From Escherichia coli (GTDB taxonomy: Bacteria; Pseudomonadota; Gammaproteobacteria; Enterobacterales; Enterobacteriaceae), in the NCBI RefSeq assembly GCF_044647545.1, contig NZ_CP172818.1: a DNA stretch of 64,000 bases; one strand, written 5' to 3'. A model generated the notes under the pieces. It worked only from the letters and a program-made list of their open reading frames with translations, was not told the origin of the DNA and did not search any database. Shown piece by piece: positions 45,973 through 57,036 of the stretch. Position 1 is the stretch's first letter. The number at the start of each line of letters is the position of its first letter. The translations under genes were made by a program, and so were the position numbers.

Positions 45973-48900
45973 ATGACAGAACAACAAAAATTGACCTTTA
46001 CGGCCTTGCAGCAGCGGCTGGATTCGCTGATGCTGCGTGACAGACTGCGTTTTTCCCGCCGTCTGCACGGCGTGAAGAAGGTTAAAAATCCTGATGCACA
46101 ACAGGCCATTTTCCAGGAGATGGCGAAAGAGATTGACCAGGCGGCAGGGAAAGTCCTGCTGCGTGAAGCGGCACGTCCGGAAATTACTTATCCTGACAAT
46201 TTGCCGGTTAGTCAGAAAAAGCAGGACATTCTCGAAGCGATTCGTGATCACCAGGTGGTGATCGTCGCCGGGGAAACCGGTTCCGGTAAAACGACTCAGC
46301 TACCGAAAATCTGTATGGAGCTGGGGCGCGGTATTAAAGGGCTGATCGGTCATACCCAACCGCGTCGCCTGGCGGCACGAACGGTGGCGAACCGTATTGC
46401 GGAAGAGCTGAAAACGGAGCCGGGCGGTTGCATCGGTTACAAAGTGCGTTTCAGCGATCACGTAAGTGATAACACGATGGTCAAGCTGATGACCGACGGT
46501 ATCCTGCTGGCGGAGATCCAGCAAGACCGCCTGCTGATGCAGTACGACACTATCATTATTGACGAAGCGCACGAACGCAGCCTGAATATCGATTTTCTGC
46601 TCGGCTATTTGAAAGAGTTGCTGCCGCGGCGTCCTGACCTAAAAATCATTATCACTTCCGCGACTATCGACCCGGAACGCTTTTCGCGCCACTTTAATAA
46701 TGCGCCGATTATCGAAGTCTCCGGTCGTACCTATCCGGTGGAGGTGCGTTATCGCCCGATTGTTGAAGAAGCTGATGACACCGAGCGCGACCAGTTGCAG
46801 GCGATTTTTGATGCCGTAGACGAACTGAGCCAGGAAAGCCCTGGCGACATTCTGATTTTTATGAGCGGCGAGCGAGAAATTCGCGATACCGCCGATGCGC
46901 TGAACAAGCTGAACTTACGCCATACGGAAATCTTGCCGCTTTATGCGCGGCTTTCGAACAGCGAACAGAACCGCGTCTTCCAGTCGCACAGTGGACGGCG
47001 CATTGTGCTGGCGACCAACGTCGCGGAAACCTCGCTGACCGTACCGGGTATTAAATACGTTATCGACCCCGGTACAGCGCGTATCAGCCGCTACAGCTAT
47101 CGCACCAAAGTGCAGCGTTTGCCGATTGAACCCATTTCGCAGGCGTCTGCCAATCAGCGTAAAGGCCGCTGTGGTCGTGTGTCCGAAGGGATCTGTATTC
47201 GTCTCTATTCCGAAGACGATTTCCTTTCGCGCCCGGAATTTACCGATCCGGAGATTCTGCGTACCAACCTGGCCTCGGTTATTTTGCAGATGACTGCGCT
47301 GGGGCTGGGCGATATCGCTGCGTTCCCGTTTGTTGAAGCACCGGATAAACGCAATATCCAGGATGGCGTGCGTCTGCTCGAAGAACTGGGCGCGATCACC
47401 ACGGATGAACAGGCCAGCGCCTATAAACTGACGCCGCTCGGTCGCCAGCTCTCGCAGTTGCCTGTCGACCCACGTCTGGCGCGTATGGTGCTGGAAGCGC
47501 AAAAACATGGCTGCGTGCGTGAGGCGATGATTATCACGTCCGCGCTCTCCATTCAGGATCCGCGCGAGCGTCCGATGGATAAACAGCAGGCATCGGACGA
47601 AAAACATCGCCGCTTCCACGACAAAGAATCCGACTTCCTCGCGTTTGTAAATCTGTGGAATTATCTTGGCGAGCAGCAAAAGGCGCTTTCTTCCAACGCC
47701 TTCCGTCGCCTGTGTCGTACCGATTATCTCAACTATCTGCGCGTGCGCGAATGGCAGGATATCTACACCCAGTTGCGCCAGGTGGTGAAAGAACTTGGCA
47801 TTCCGGTTAACAGCGAACCGGCGGAGTATCGTGAAATTCACATTGCGTTGCTGACGGGTTTACTTTCCCATATCGGCATGAAAGATGCCGATAAACAAGA
47901 ATATACCGGCGCACGTAACGCGCGTTTCTCCATTTTCCCCGGTTCCGGCTTATTTAAAAAGCCGCCGAAATGGGTAATGGTGGCGGAACTGGTAGAAACC
48001 AGCCGCCTGTGGGGGCGCATTGCTGCGCGTATCGACCCGGAATGGGTAGAACCCGTTGCTCAGCATTTGATTAAACGCACCTACAGCGAACCGCACTGGG
48101 AACGGGCGCAGGGCGCGGTGATGGCAACGGAAAAAGTCACTGTTTATGGTTTGCCGATTGTTGCTGCGCGTAAGGTCAACTACAGCCAGATCGATCCGGC
48201 GTTATGTCGTGAACTCTTTATTCGCCACGCTCTGGTGGAAGGTGACTGGCAGACGCGTCACGCATTCTTCCGTGAAAACCTGAAACTGCGGGCCGAAGTG
48301 GAAGAGCTGGAACACAAATCACGTCGCCGCGATATTCTGGTTGATGACGAAACGCTGTTTGAGTTCTACGACCAGCGCATCAGCCACGATGTAATCTCCG
48401 CTCGTCACTTCGATAGCTGGTGGAAAAAAGTCAGCCGCGAAACGCCTGATTTGCTCAACTTTGAAAAGAGCATGTTGATCAAAGAAGGGGCGGAAAAAAT
48501 CAGCAAGCTGGATTATCCGAACTTCTGGCATCAGGGCAATCTCAAGCTGCGTTTGAGCTATCAGTTTGAGCCCGGCGCGGATGCTGACGGTGTGACTGTG
48601 CATATCCCGCTGCCGCTGCTTAATCAGGTAGAAGAGAGCGGGTTTGAATGGCAAATCCCCGGCCTGCGCCGCGAACTGGTGATTGCTCTGATTAAATCGT
48701 TGCCGAAACCGGTACGCCGTAATTTTGTGCCTGCACCAAACTACGCAGAAGCGTTTTTAGGCCGCGTCACACCGCTGGAGTTACCGTTGCTCGACAGCCT
48801 TGAGCGCGAGTTACGGCGGATGACTGGCGTCACCGTTGACCGCGAAGACTGGCACTGGGATCAGGTGCCCGATCACCTGAAAATCACCTTCCGCGTGGTG

Positions 48901-49875
48901 GATGAAAAAAACAAGAAGCTAAAAGAAGGGCGCTCATTACAGGATCTGAAAGACGCCCTGAAAGGCAAAGTGCAGGAAACGCTGTCTGCCGTGGCGGATG
49001 ACGGTATCGAGCAGAGCGGCTTACATATCTGGAGTTTTGGTCAGCTGCCGGAAAGCTACGAGCAGAAGCGCGGCAACTACAAAGTGAAGGCGTGGCCGGC
49101 GCTGGTGGATGAACGCGACAGCGTGGCGATCAAACTGTTTGATAATCCGCTGGAACAAAAGCAGGCAATGTGGAACGGTCTTCGCCGTCTACTGCTGCTG
49201 AATATTCCATCGCCGATCAAGTATTTGCATGAAAAGTTACCGAACAAAGCCAAGCTGGGGCTGTACTTTAACCCGTATGGCAAAGTGCTGGAGCTGATCG
49301 ACGACTGTATCTCCTGCGGGGTGGATCAACTGATCGACGCCAATGGTGGCCCGGTCTGGACGGAAGAAGGCTTTGCTGCGCTGCATGAGAAAGTGCGTGC
49401 CGAACTGAACGACACGGTGGTGGATATTGCGAAGCAGGTCGAGCAAATTCTTACGGCAGTGTTCAATATCAACAAACGTCTGAAAGGGCGGGTGGATATG
49501 ACCATGGCGCTGGGGCTTTCTGACATTAAAGCGCAGATGGGCGGGCTGGTGTATCGCGGTTTTGTGACTGGTAACGGCTTCAAACGGTTGGGCGACACGC
49601 TGCGTTATTTGCAGGCGATTGAAAAACGGCTGGAAAAACTGGCGGTTGACCCACATCGCGACCGTGCTCAGATGCTGAAAGTCGAAAATGTCCAGCAGGC
49701 GTGGCAGCAATGGATCAATAAACTGCCGCCCGCACGTCGTGAGGATGAAGACGTGAAAGAGATCCGTTGGATGATAGAAGAGTTGCGCGTTAGTTACTTC
49801 GCTCAACAACTTGGTACGCCTTATCCGATTTCAGATAAGCGTATTTTGCAGGCGATGGAGCAGATTAGCGGTTAA
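45973..49875 (+). CDS. hrpA: DEAH-box ATP-dependent RNA helicase HrpA, 1300 aa
   Basis: Intact 1300-aa ORF with Walker A (GETGSGKTTQ), DEAH box (IIDEAHERS) and C-terminal HA2/OB region. Confidence 0.95.
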   Translation: MTEQQKLTFTALQQRLDSLMLRDRLRFSRRLHGVKKVKNPDAQQAIFQEMAKEIDQAAGKVLLREAARPEITYPDNLPVSQKKQDILEAIRDHQVVIVAGETGSGKTTQLPKICMELGRGIKGLIGHTQPRRLAARTVANRIAEELKTEPGGCIGYKVRFSDHVSDNTMVKLMTDGILLAEIQQDRLLMQYDTIIIDEAHERSLNIDFLLGYLKELLPRRPDLKIIITSATIDPERFSRHFNNAPIIEVSGRTYPVEVRYRPIVEEADDTERDQLQAIFDAVDELSQESPGDILIFMSGEREIRDTADALNKLNLRHTEILPLYARLSNSEQNRVFQSHSGRRIVLATNVAETSLTVPGIKYVIDPGTARISRYSYRTKVQRLPIEPISQASANQRKGRCGRVSEGICIRLYSEDDFLSRPEFTDPEILRTNLASVILQMTALGLGDIAAFPFVEAPDKRNIQDGVRLLEELGAITTDEQASAYKLTPLGRQLSQLPVDPRLARMVLEAQKHGCVREAMIITSALSIQDPRERPMDKQQASDEKHRRFHDKESDFLAFVNLWNYLGEQQKALSSNAFRRLCRTDYLNYLRVREWQDIYTQLRQVVKELGIPVNSEPAEYREIHIALLTGLLSHIGMKDADKQEYTGARNARFSIFPGSGLFKKPPKWVMVAELVETSRLWGRIAARIDPEWVEPVAQHLIKRTYSEPHWERAQGAVMATEKVTVYGLPIVAARKVNYSQIDPALCRELFIRHALVEGDWQTRHAFFRENLKLRAEVEELEHKSRRRDILVDDETLFEFYDQRISHDVISARHFDSWWKKVSRETPDLLNFEKSMLIKEGAEKISKLDYPNFWHQGNLKLRLSYQFEPGADADGVTVHIPLPLLNQVEESGFEWQIPGLRRELVIALIKSLPKPVRRNFVPAPNYAEAFLGRVTPLELPLLDSLERELRRMTGVTVDREDWHWDQVPDHLKITFRVVDEKNKKLKEGRSLQDLKDALKGKVQETLSAVADDGIEQSGLHIWSFGQLPESYEQKRGNYKVKAWPALVDERDSVAIKLFDNPLEQKQAMWNGLRRLLLLNIPSPIKYLHEKLPNKAKLGLYFNPYGKVLELIDDCISCGVDQLIDANGGPVWTEEGFAALHEKVRAELNDTVVDIAKQVEQILTAVFNINKRLKGRVDMTMALGLSDIKAQMGGLVYRGFVTGNGFKRLGDTLRYLQAIEKRLEKLAVDPHRDRAQMLKVENVQQAWQQWINKLPPARREDEDVKEIRWMIEELRVSYFAQQLGTPYPISDKRILQAMEQISG

Positions 49876-49900
49876 CACTGCTATTTGCCTGATAAATCTA

Positions 49901-49932
49901 AAACCCGGTAAGCATTTAGCGCCGGGTTTTTT
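49901..49932 (+). terminator. intrinsic terminator after hrpA
   Basis: AACCCGG..CCGGGTT hairpin followed by T6. Confidence 0.7.
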
Positions 49933-50147
49933 ATTAATTCTAAAAACGGTATGGGAAAAAATTCAGGAGTTCAGAAAAATACAATTCTCTGCTGCAAGAT
50001 GAATAATGTTTATCTACAGCATTTCCTTAAAAGATATGTCAGGCTTGCGGAGTGGCGGTTAAGGAAATACGACTTCCTCCTTTCAGAGTGCTCCGCTTCT
50101 CACTATTATCTCACGCAGTATTCTTAAGGGAACGATAAGGAGGAACC

Positions 50148-50948
50148 ATGAACATTACCCCGTTTCCGACGCTTTCGCCGGCAACCATAGATGCCATAAA
50201 TGTTATCGGACAGTGGCTGGCGCAGGATGATTTCTCCGGTGAGGTGCCGTATCAGGCCGATTGCGTGATCCTTGCAGGCAATGCGGTTATGCCGACTATC
50301 GATGCGGCATGTAAGATTGCCCGCGATCAGCAAATTCCTTTACTGATTAGTGGTGGTATCGGTCACTCGACAACTTTTTTGTATAGCGCCATCGCACAGC
50401 ATCCGCACTACAACACTATCCGCACCACTGGCAGAGCAGAAGCTACCATTCTGGCGGATATCGCTCATCAGTTCTGGCACATTCCGCATGAAAAAATCTG
50501 GATTGAAGACCAGTCAACAAACTGCGGTGAAAACGCACGCTTTAGCATCGCGCTATTGAATCAGGCCGTAGAACGAGTTCACACAGCTATCGTTGTTCAG
50601 GACCCCACCATGCAGCGGCGCACGATGGCGACGTTCCGCCGTATGACCGGGGACAATCCCGATGCACCACGCTGGTTAAGTTATCCCGGATTCGTTCCTC
50701 AGTTAGGAAATAACGCAGACAGTGTAATCTTTATTAATCAGTTACAAGGATTATGGCCGGTTGAGCGTTATCTATCACTACTCACTGGCGAGCTGCCGCG
50801 TTTACACGATGATAGCGATGGCTACGGCCCCCGCGGGCGAGATTTTATCGTTCACGTTGATTTTCCTGCAGAAGTCATTCAGGCATGGCAAACGCTGAAA
50901 CACGATGCGGTGCTCATCGAGGCGATGGAAAGTCGCTCGTTACGTTAA
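50148..50948 (+). CDS. ydcF: DUF218-family protein, 266 aa
   Basis: Intact 266-aa [27 protein letters not shown]. Confidence 0.85.
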   Translation: MNITPFPTLSPATIDAINVIGQWLAQDDFSGEVPYQADCVILAGNAVMPTIDAACKIARDQQIPLLISGGIGHSTTFLYSAIAQHPHYNTIRTTGRAEATILADIAHQFWHIPHEKIWIEDQSTNCGENARFSIALLNQAVERVHTAIVVQDPTMQRRTMATFRRMTGDNPDAPRWLSYPGFVPQLGNNADSVIFINQLQGLWPVERYLSLLTGELPRLHDDSDGYGPRGRDFIVHVDFPAEVIQAWQTLKHDAVLIEAMESRSLR

Positions 50949-51144
50949 AAATTGCCCGTTTGTGAACCACTTGTTTGCAAACGGGCATAACTCCTGCCTT
51001 TTATTTCTGCCTCTTATTCCTTTTACACTTGTTTTTATGAAGCCCTTCACAGAATTGTCCTTTCATGATGCCGTCTCTCTGATGATTGATGTTAATTAAC
51101 AATGTATTTACCAAAAACAAACATATAAATCACAGGAGTCGCTC

Positions 51145-52584
51145 ATGTCAGTACCCGTTCAACATCCTATGTATATTGATGGACAGTTTGTTACCTGGCG
51201 TGGAGACGCATGGATTGATGTGGTAAACCCTGCTACAGAGGCTGTCATTTCCCGCATTCCCGATGGTCAGGCCGAGGATGCCCGTAAGGCAATCGATGCA
51301 GCAGAACGTGCACAACCAGAATGGGAAGCGTTGCCTGCTATTGAACGCGCCAGTTGGTTGCGCAAAATCTCCGCCGGGATCCGCGAACGCGCCAGTGAAA
51401 TCAGTGCGCTGATTGTTGAAGAAGGGGGTAAGATCCAGCGGCTGGCTGAAGTCGAAGTGGCTTTTACTGCGGACTATATCGATTACATGTCGGAGTGGGC
51501 ACGGCGTTATGAAGGCGAGATTATTCAAAGCGATCGTCCAGGAGAAAATATTCTTCTGTTTAAACGTGCGCTTGGCGTGACTACCGGCATTCTGCCGTGG
51601 AACTTCCCGTTCTTCCTCATTGCCCGCAAAATGGCTCCCGCTCTTTTGACCGGTAATACCATCGTCATTAAACCCAGTGAATTTACGCCAAACAATGCGA
51701 TTGCATTCGCCAAAATCGTCGATGAAATAGGCCTTCCGCGCGGCGTGTTTAACCTTGTTCTGGGGCGTGGTGAAACCGTTGGGCAAGAACTGGCAGGTAA
51801 CCCAAAGGTCGCAATGGTCAGTATGACAGGCAGCGTCTCTGCAGGTGAAAAGATTATGGCGACTGCGGCGAAAAACATCACCAAAGTGTGCCTGGAACTG
51901 GGGGGTAAAGCACCGGCTATCGTAATGGACGATGCCGATCTTGAACTGGCAGTCAAAGCCATCGTTGATTCACGCGTCATTAATAGTGGGCAAGTGTGTA
52001 ACTGTGCAGAACGTGTTTATGTACAGAAAGGCATTTATGATCAGTTTGTCAATCGGTTGGGTGAAGCGATGCAAGCGGTTCAATTTGGTAACCCCGCTGA
52101 ACGCAACGACATTGCGATGGGGCCGTTGATTAACGCCGCGGCGCTGGAAAGGGTCGAGCAAAAAGTGGCGCGCGCAGTAGAAGAAGGGGCGAGAGTGGCG
52201 TTGGGGGGCAAGGCAGTAGAGGGGAAAGGATATTATTATCCGCCGACATTGCTGCTGGATGTTCGCCAGGAAATGTCGATTATGCATGAGGAAACCTTTG
52301 GCCCGGTTCTGCCGGTGGTCGCATTTGACACGCTGGAAGAGGCTATCTCAATGGCGAATGATAGTGATTACGGCCTGACCTCATCAATCTATACCCAAAA
52401 TCTGAACGTCGCGATGAAAGCCATTAAAGGGCTGAAGTTTGGTGAAACTTACATCAACCGTGAAAACTTCGAAGCTATGCAAGGCTTCCACGCCGGATGG
52501 CGTAAATCCGGTATTGGCGGCGCAGATGGCAAACATGGCTTGCATGAATACCTGCAGACCCAGGTGGTTTATTTACAGTCGTAA
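51145..52584 (+). CDS. aldA: NAD-dependent lactaldehyde/glycolaldehyde dehydrogenase, 479 aa
   Basis: Intact 479-aa aldehyde dehydrogenase ORF (catalytic region LELGGKAP...NSGQVCNCAERVYV). Confidence 0.95.
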   Translation: MSVPVQHPMYIDGQFVTWRGDAWIDVVNPATEAVISRIPDGQAEDARKAIDAAERAQPEWEALPAIERASWLRKISAGIRERASEISALIVEEGGKIQRLAEVEVAFTADYIDYMSEWARRYEGEIIQSDRPGENILLFKRALGVTTGILPWNFPFFLIARKMAPALLTGNTIVIKPSEFTPNNAIAFAKIVDEIGLPRGVFNLVLGRGETVGQELAGNPKVAMVSMTGSVSAGEKIMATAAKNITKVCLELGGKAPAIVMDDADLELAVKAIVDSRVINSGQVCNCAERVYVQKGIYDQFVNRLGEAMQAVQFGNPAERNDIAMGPLINAAALERVEQKVARAVEEGARVALGGKAVEGKGYYYPPTLLLDVRQEMSIMHEETFGPVLPVVAFDTLEEAISMANDSDYGLTSSIYTQNLNVAMKAIKGLKFGETYINRENFEAMQGFHAGWRKSGIGGADGKHGLHEYLQTQVVYLQS

Positions 52585-52594
52585 TGAATGAAAG

Positions 52595-52617
52595 AGGCGG
52601 AGGTTTTTCCTCCGCCT
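52595..52617. terminator. bidirectional terminator between convergent aldA and gapC
   Basis: AGGCGGAGG-TTTTT-CCTCCGCCT hairpin. Confidence 0.7.
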
Positions 52618-52624
52618 GTGCTGG

Positions 52625-53625
52625 TCAGAGTTTGGCGAATTTTTCCAGGGTACGAATGAGTTGAGTGACGAAACCATACTCGTTATCGTACCAGGCGACG
52701 GTCTTCACCAGTTGTAAATCGCCCACTGCGGTGATTTCCGTTTGGGTCGCATCAAACACCGAACCGAAATGGCTGCCAATGATATCGGAAGAGACAATTT
52801 CTTCGTCGGTATAACCAAACGATTCGTTATCGGTTGTTGCTTTTTTAAGTGCGTTATTCACCTCTTCAGCAGTCACTTTTTTCCCCAGGATAGACACCAG
52901 CTCGGTCACTGAACCTGTTTTCACTGGCACGCGTTGCGCATGGCCTTTAAGTTTGCCGCTAAGTTCGGGGATCACCAGACCAATGGCTTTTGCCGCACCT
53001 GTAGTGTGGGGAATGATATTTTCTGCCGCTGCACGTGAAGCGCGTAAATCTTTACCTCGCGGACCATCCACCAGTGACTGAGTGCCGGTATAGGCATGAA
53101 TGGTCGTCATCGTGCCGACTTCTATTCCGAAACTGTCATGCAAGGCTTTTGCCATCGGAGCAAGACAGTTAGTGGTACAGGATGCCACGGAAACAATGGT
53201 GTCGTTGCATCCAGAGTGTCGTCATTGACGTTATAAACGATAGTTTTCATTTCACCGGCAGGGGCGGAAATCAACACCTTCTTCGCGCCAGCATCGAGAT
53301 GCGCCTGAGATTTCTCGGCGGAGGTATAAAAGCCAGTACATTCGACAATGATTTCTGCGCCTTTCGCTTTCCACGGAATATTTTTAGCCTCTTTTTCGGC
53401 GTAAACCGCGATACTTTTCCCATCAACGATAAGTGAATCTTCCGTAAAATCAACGCTCCAGGGGAACGGTCCGTAGTTTGAATCATGTTTCAGCAGGTAG
53501 GCGAGAATTTTTGGGGAAGTGAGATCATTAATAGCGACAATGTCTATGTTGCTTTTGACTTCAAGTAATCGACGCAACACCAGTCGACCGATACGACCAA
53601 AACCGTTAATACCAACTTTACTCAT
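52625..53625 (-). pseudogene. gapC: glyceraldehyde-3-phosphate dehydrogenase paralogue, split by frameshift
   Basis: Two overlapping minus-strand ORFs (53122-53625 N-terminal NAD-binding [19 protein letters not shown]; 52625-53188 C-terminal domain) together spanning one GAPDH-length gene. Confidence 0.85.
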
Positions 53626-53813
53626 GGTCTTCTCCTGTCAGGAACGTTCGGATGAAAATTGATCCTTTCCAGGCTTAGACCAGGATGGCGGGATGGGCAA
53701 TCTACATTCTTGCAGTGAAACGTAACGTACTGAAAACGGGTGAACAATATTTAATGAAATTTTAAGAAAAGCCCGTTATGTTAACGGAAAATTATGTTAA
53801 AGCAGGAAATGTT

Positions 53814-54344
53814 ATGGGAAATAAATACTCAAGGTTACAAATCAGCATTCACTGGCTGGTCTTTTTGCTGGTTATCGTAGCGTATTGCGCAATGGAGTTT
53901 CGTGGTTTCTTCCCACGTAGCGATCGGCCCCTCATCAACATGATTCATGTTTCCTGTGGCATCTCAATTCTCGTACTGATGGTGGTTCGTCTTTTGTTAA
54001 GGCTGAAATACCCAACCCCGCCGATTATACCTAAGCCAAAACCGATGATGACGGGACTGGCGCATTTGGGACATTTGGTGATCTATCTCCTGTTTATTGC
54101 GCTGCCAGTGATTGGTTTGGTGATGATGTATAACCGGGGTAACCCGTGGTTTGCGTTTGGTATGACGATGCCTTATGCATCAGAGGCCAATTTCGAACGG
54201 GTTGATAGCTTAAAGTCGTGGCATGAAACGCTGGCGAATCTGGGATACTTTGTCATCGGGTTGCACGCTGCGGCTGCACTGGCACACCACTATTTCTGGA
54301 AGGACAACACACTTCTACGCATGATGCCGCGTAAACGTTCCTGA
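53814..54344 (+). CDS. cybB: cytochrome b561, 176 aa
   Basis: ORF 53778-54344 trimmed to MGNKYSRLQISIHWLVFLLVI; four TM helices with conserved His residues. Confidence 0.9.
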   Translation: MGNKYSRLQISIHWLVFLLVIVAYCAMEFRGFFPRSDRPLINMIHVSCGISILVLMVVRLLLRLKYPTPPIIPKPKPMMTGLAHLGHLVIYLLFIALPVIGLVMMYNRGNPWFAFGMTMPYASEANFERVDSLKSWHETLANLGYFVIGLHAAAALAHHYFWKDNTLLRMMPRKRS

Positions 54345-54354
54345 AGGATATTTA

Positions 54355-54418
54355 AAGAAAACGCCTGTACTAAAACCGACCCGTGGTACAGGCGAAGAAT
54401 ACGGGTCTACATCGGAAG
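54355..54418 (-). ncRNA. rydC: RydC small regulatory RNA (Hfq-dependent), 64 nt
   Basis: Reverse complement reads CTTCCGATGTAGACCCGTATTCTTCGCCTGTACCACGGGTCGGTTTTAGTACAGGCGTTTTCTT, matching the RydC sequence as I remember it; lies in the cybB-ydcA intergenic region. Confidence 0.85.
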
Positions 54419-54588
54419 CGCCTATTATATTTATTTGTATGACAAATAAAACCATAATCCTGGTCCATACGTCCATCTGGCTTATCTTTAATCAATTCAC
54501 CCGATCTTTGATCTCATCAACGGTATCAAAATAAACCAGCGTATAACGTTCAAATCGAACATAAGATTCGATAAACCATGGAGGTTAT

Positions 54589-54762
54589 ATGAAAAAACTG
54601 GCACTTATCTTGGTTTTAGGAGCGCTTGTTTCCTTTTATGCCGATGCCGGGCGCAAACCCTGTTCTGGTTCGAAAGGGGGGATCTCACACTGTACGGCAG
54701 GCGGCAAATTTGTCTGTAATGATGGTTCTATTAGTGCATCGAAAAAAACATGCACTAACTGA
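54589..54762 (+). CDS. ydcA: small secreted Cys-rich protein, 57 aa
   Basis: ATG at 54589 with RBS GGAGG upstream; MKKLALILVLGALVSFYADA signal peptide; below the 60-aa ORF track cutoff. Confidence 0.75.
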   Translation: MKKLALILVLGALVSFYADAGRKPCSGSKGGISHCTAGGKFVCNDGSISASKKTCTN

Positions 54763-54833
54763 AGTGTAAAAGGGGTGCCATGAGAAAATGAATCTGCTAG
54801 TCAGATGCGCGGGGAAAATCCCCGCGCTTGCCC

Positions 54834-54983
<150 letters not shown>

Positions 54984-55357
54984 AGCCTTTCTCCTTGCCG
55001 GATGGCGGGTAAGAGGCTAACAAAATGGGTGCAGTACAGTTGATAGAAATATCGGTCGGGGCCTTCGTCTTTCTGATTCCCGGTTAGCCTGAAAACAGAA
55101 AGTCTCAGGCACCCGCAGGCATCCTATGAGGTTTCCTTAGGGACGAAAATAATCACTTGACGAAATTGCGTGCTGTTTTCCAGAATTTTTCGTCATTCGG
55201 TTTAGCCGTTCGTTACTCTCTTCATTCCAATGGCATTATTCTTCTCTGCCATAATTGTTGTAAAAATGTGACGCAAAGAGGTTTTTGGTCATAAGTAATT
55301 ACCGTCAAGTGCCGATGACTTTCTATCAGGAGTAAACCTGGACGAGAGACAACGGTA

Positions 55358-56998
55358 ATGAATACAACTCCCTCACAGCGATTAGGTTTTTTGCATCACA
55401 TCAGGCTGGTTCCGTTATTTGCCTGCATTCTTGGCGGTATCTTAGTTCTATTAGCATTAAGTTCTGCTCTGGCTGGCTATTTCCTCTGGCAGGCCGATCG
55501 CGATCAGCGTGATGTTACTGCGGAGATTGAGATTCGGACCGGGTTAGCGAACAGTTCAGATTTTTTGCGTTCAGCCCGGATCAATATGATTCAGGCCGGT
55601 GCTGCGAGTCGTATTGCGGAAATGGAAGCAATGAAGCGAAATATTGCGCAAGCCGAATCGGAGATTAAACAGTCGCAGCAAGGTTATCGTGCTTATCAGA
55701 ATCGGTCGGTGAAAACACCTGCTGATGAAGCCCTCGACACTGAATTAAATCAACGCTTCCAGGCTTATATCACGGGTATGCAACCGATGTTGAAATATGC
55801 CAAAAATGGCATGTTTGAAGCGATTATCAATCATGAAAGTGAGCAGATCCGACCGCTGGATAATGCTTATACCGATATTTTGAACAAAGCCGTTAAGATA
55901 CGTAGCACCAGAGCCAACCAACTGGCGGAACTGGCCCATCAGCGCACCCGCCTGGGTGGGATGTTCATGATTGGCGCGTTTGTGCTTGCCCTGGTCATGA
56001 CGCTGATAACATTTATAGTGCTACGTCGGATCGTCATTCGTCCACTGCAACATGCCGCACAACGGATTGAAAAAATCGCCAGTGGCGATCTGACGATGAA
56101 TGATGAACCGGCGGGTCGTAATGAAATCGGTCGCTTAAGTCGTCATTTACAGCAAATGCAGCATTCACTGGGGATGACTGTAGGGACCGTTCGACAGGGC
56201 GCGGAAGAGATTTATCGTGGCACCAGCGAAATTTCCGCTGGCAATGCGGACCTTTCATCTCGCACCGAAGAACAAGCGGCGGCAATTGAACAAACTGCCG
56301 CCAGCATGGAGCAACTCACTGCGACGGTGAAACAGAATGCAGATAACGCGCATCATGCCAGCAAACTGGCGCAGGAGGCTTCTATTAAAGCCAGCGATGG
56401 CGGGCAGACGGTTTCCGGTGTAGTAAAAACGATGGGCGCTATCTCCACGAGTTCGAAGAAAATTTCTGAGATCACCGCCGTCATCAACAGTATTGCTTTC
56501 CAGACGAATATTCTGGCACTGAATGCTGCCGTTGAAGCCGCGCGAGCGGGTGAGCAAGGACGTGGATTTGCCGTTGTCGCCAGCGAAGTACGGACACTCG
56601 CAAGCCGCAGCGCTCAGGCGGCGAAAGAGATTGAAGGCTTGATCAGTGAATCAGTCAGATTAATTGACCTGGGATCGGATGAGGTGGCAACGGCAGGGAA
56701 AACCATGAGCACTATTGTTGATGCCGTCGCGAGTGTCACACATATCATGCAGGAAATTGCCGCCGCCTCGGATGAACAAAGCAGAGGCATAACGCAGGTT
56801 AGCCAGGCGATTTCAGAAATGGATAAGGTGACGCAACAGAATGCTTCTCTGGTAGAAGAGGCCTCAGCGGCGGCGGTGTCCCTTGAAGAACAGGCGGCAC
56901 GATTAACTGAGGCGGTGGACGTATTCCGTCTGAACAAACATTCTGTGTCGGCAGAACCTCGCGGAGCGGGTGAATCAGTTAGTTTCGCTACGGTGTGA
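55358..56998 (+). CDS. trg: methyl-accepting chemotaxis protein III (ribose/galactose sensor), 546 aa
   Basis: Intact 546-aa ORF with two TM segments, HAMP domain and conserved MCP signalling domain. Confidence 0.95.
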   Translation: MNTTPSQRLGFLHHIRLVPLFACILGGILVLLALSSALAGYFLWQADRDQRDVTAEIEIRTGLANSSDFLRSARINMIQAGAASRIAEMEAMKRNIAQAESEIKQSQQGYRAYQNRSVKTPADEALDTELNQRFQAYITGMQPMLKYAKNGMFEAIINHESEQIRPLDNAYTDILNKAVKIRSTRANQLAELAHQRTRLGGMFMIGAFVLALVMTLITFIVLRRIVIRPLQHAAQRIEKIASGDLTMNDEPAGRNEIGRLSRHLQQMQHSLGMTVGTVRQGAEEIYRGTSEISAGNADLSSRTEEQAAAIEQTAASMEQLTATVKQNADNAHHASKLAQEASIKASDGGQTVSGVVKTMGAISTSSKKISEITAVINSIAFQTNILALNAAVEAARAGEQGRGFAVVASEVRTLASRSAQAAKEIEGLISESVRLIDLGSDEVATAGKTMSTIVDAVASVTHIMQEIAAASDEQSRGITQVSQAISEMDKVTQQNASLVEEASAAAVSLEEQAARLTEAVDVFRLNKHSVSAEPRGAGESVSFATV

Positions 56999-57010
56999 AA
57001 ATGTTCAAGG

Positions 57011-57030
57011 AAGGGATCGACAGATCCCTT
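57011..57030. terminator. hairpin between convergent trg and ydcI
   Basis: AAGGGATC-gaca-GATCCCTT perfect stem between the two stop codons; no clear T-run. Confidence 0.45.
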
Positions 57031-57036
57031 CACCTT

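Noticed and set aside
46915-47841. 308-aa minus-strand ORF inside hrpA (also 49237-49809)
   Set aside because: Antisense to a well-supported 1300-aa helicase gene; Arg-rich translation typical of reverse-frame artefacts.
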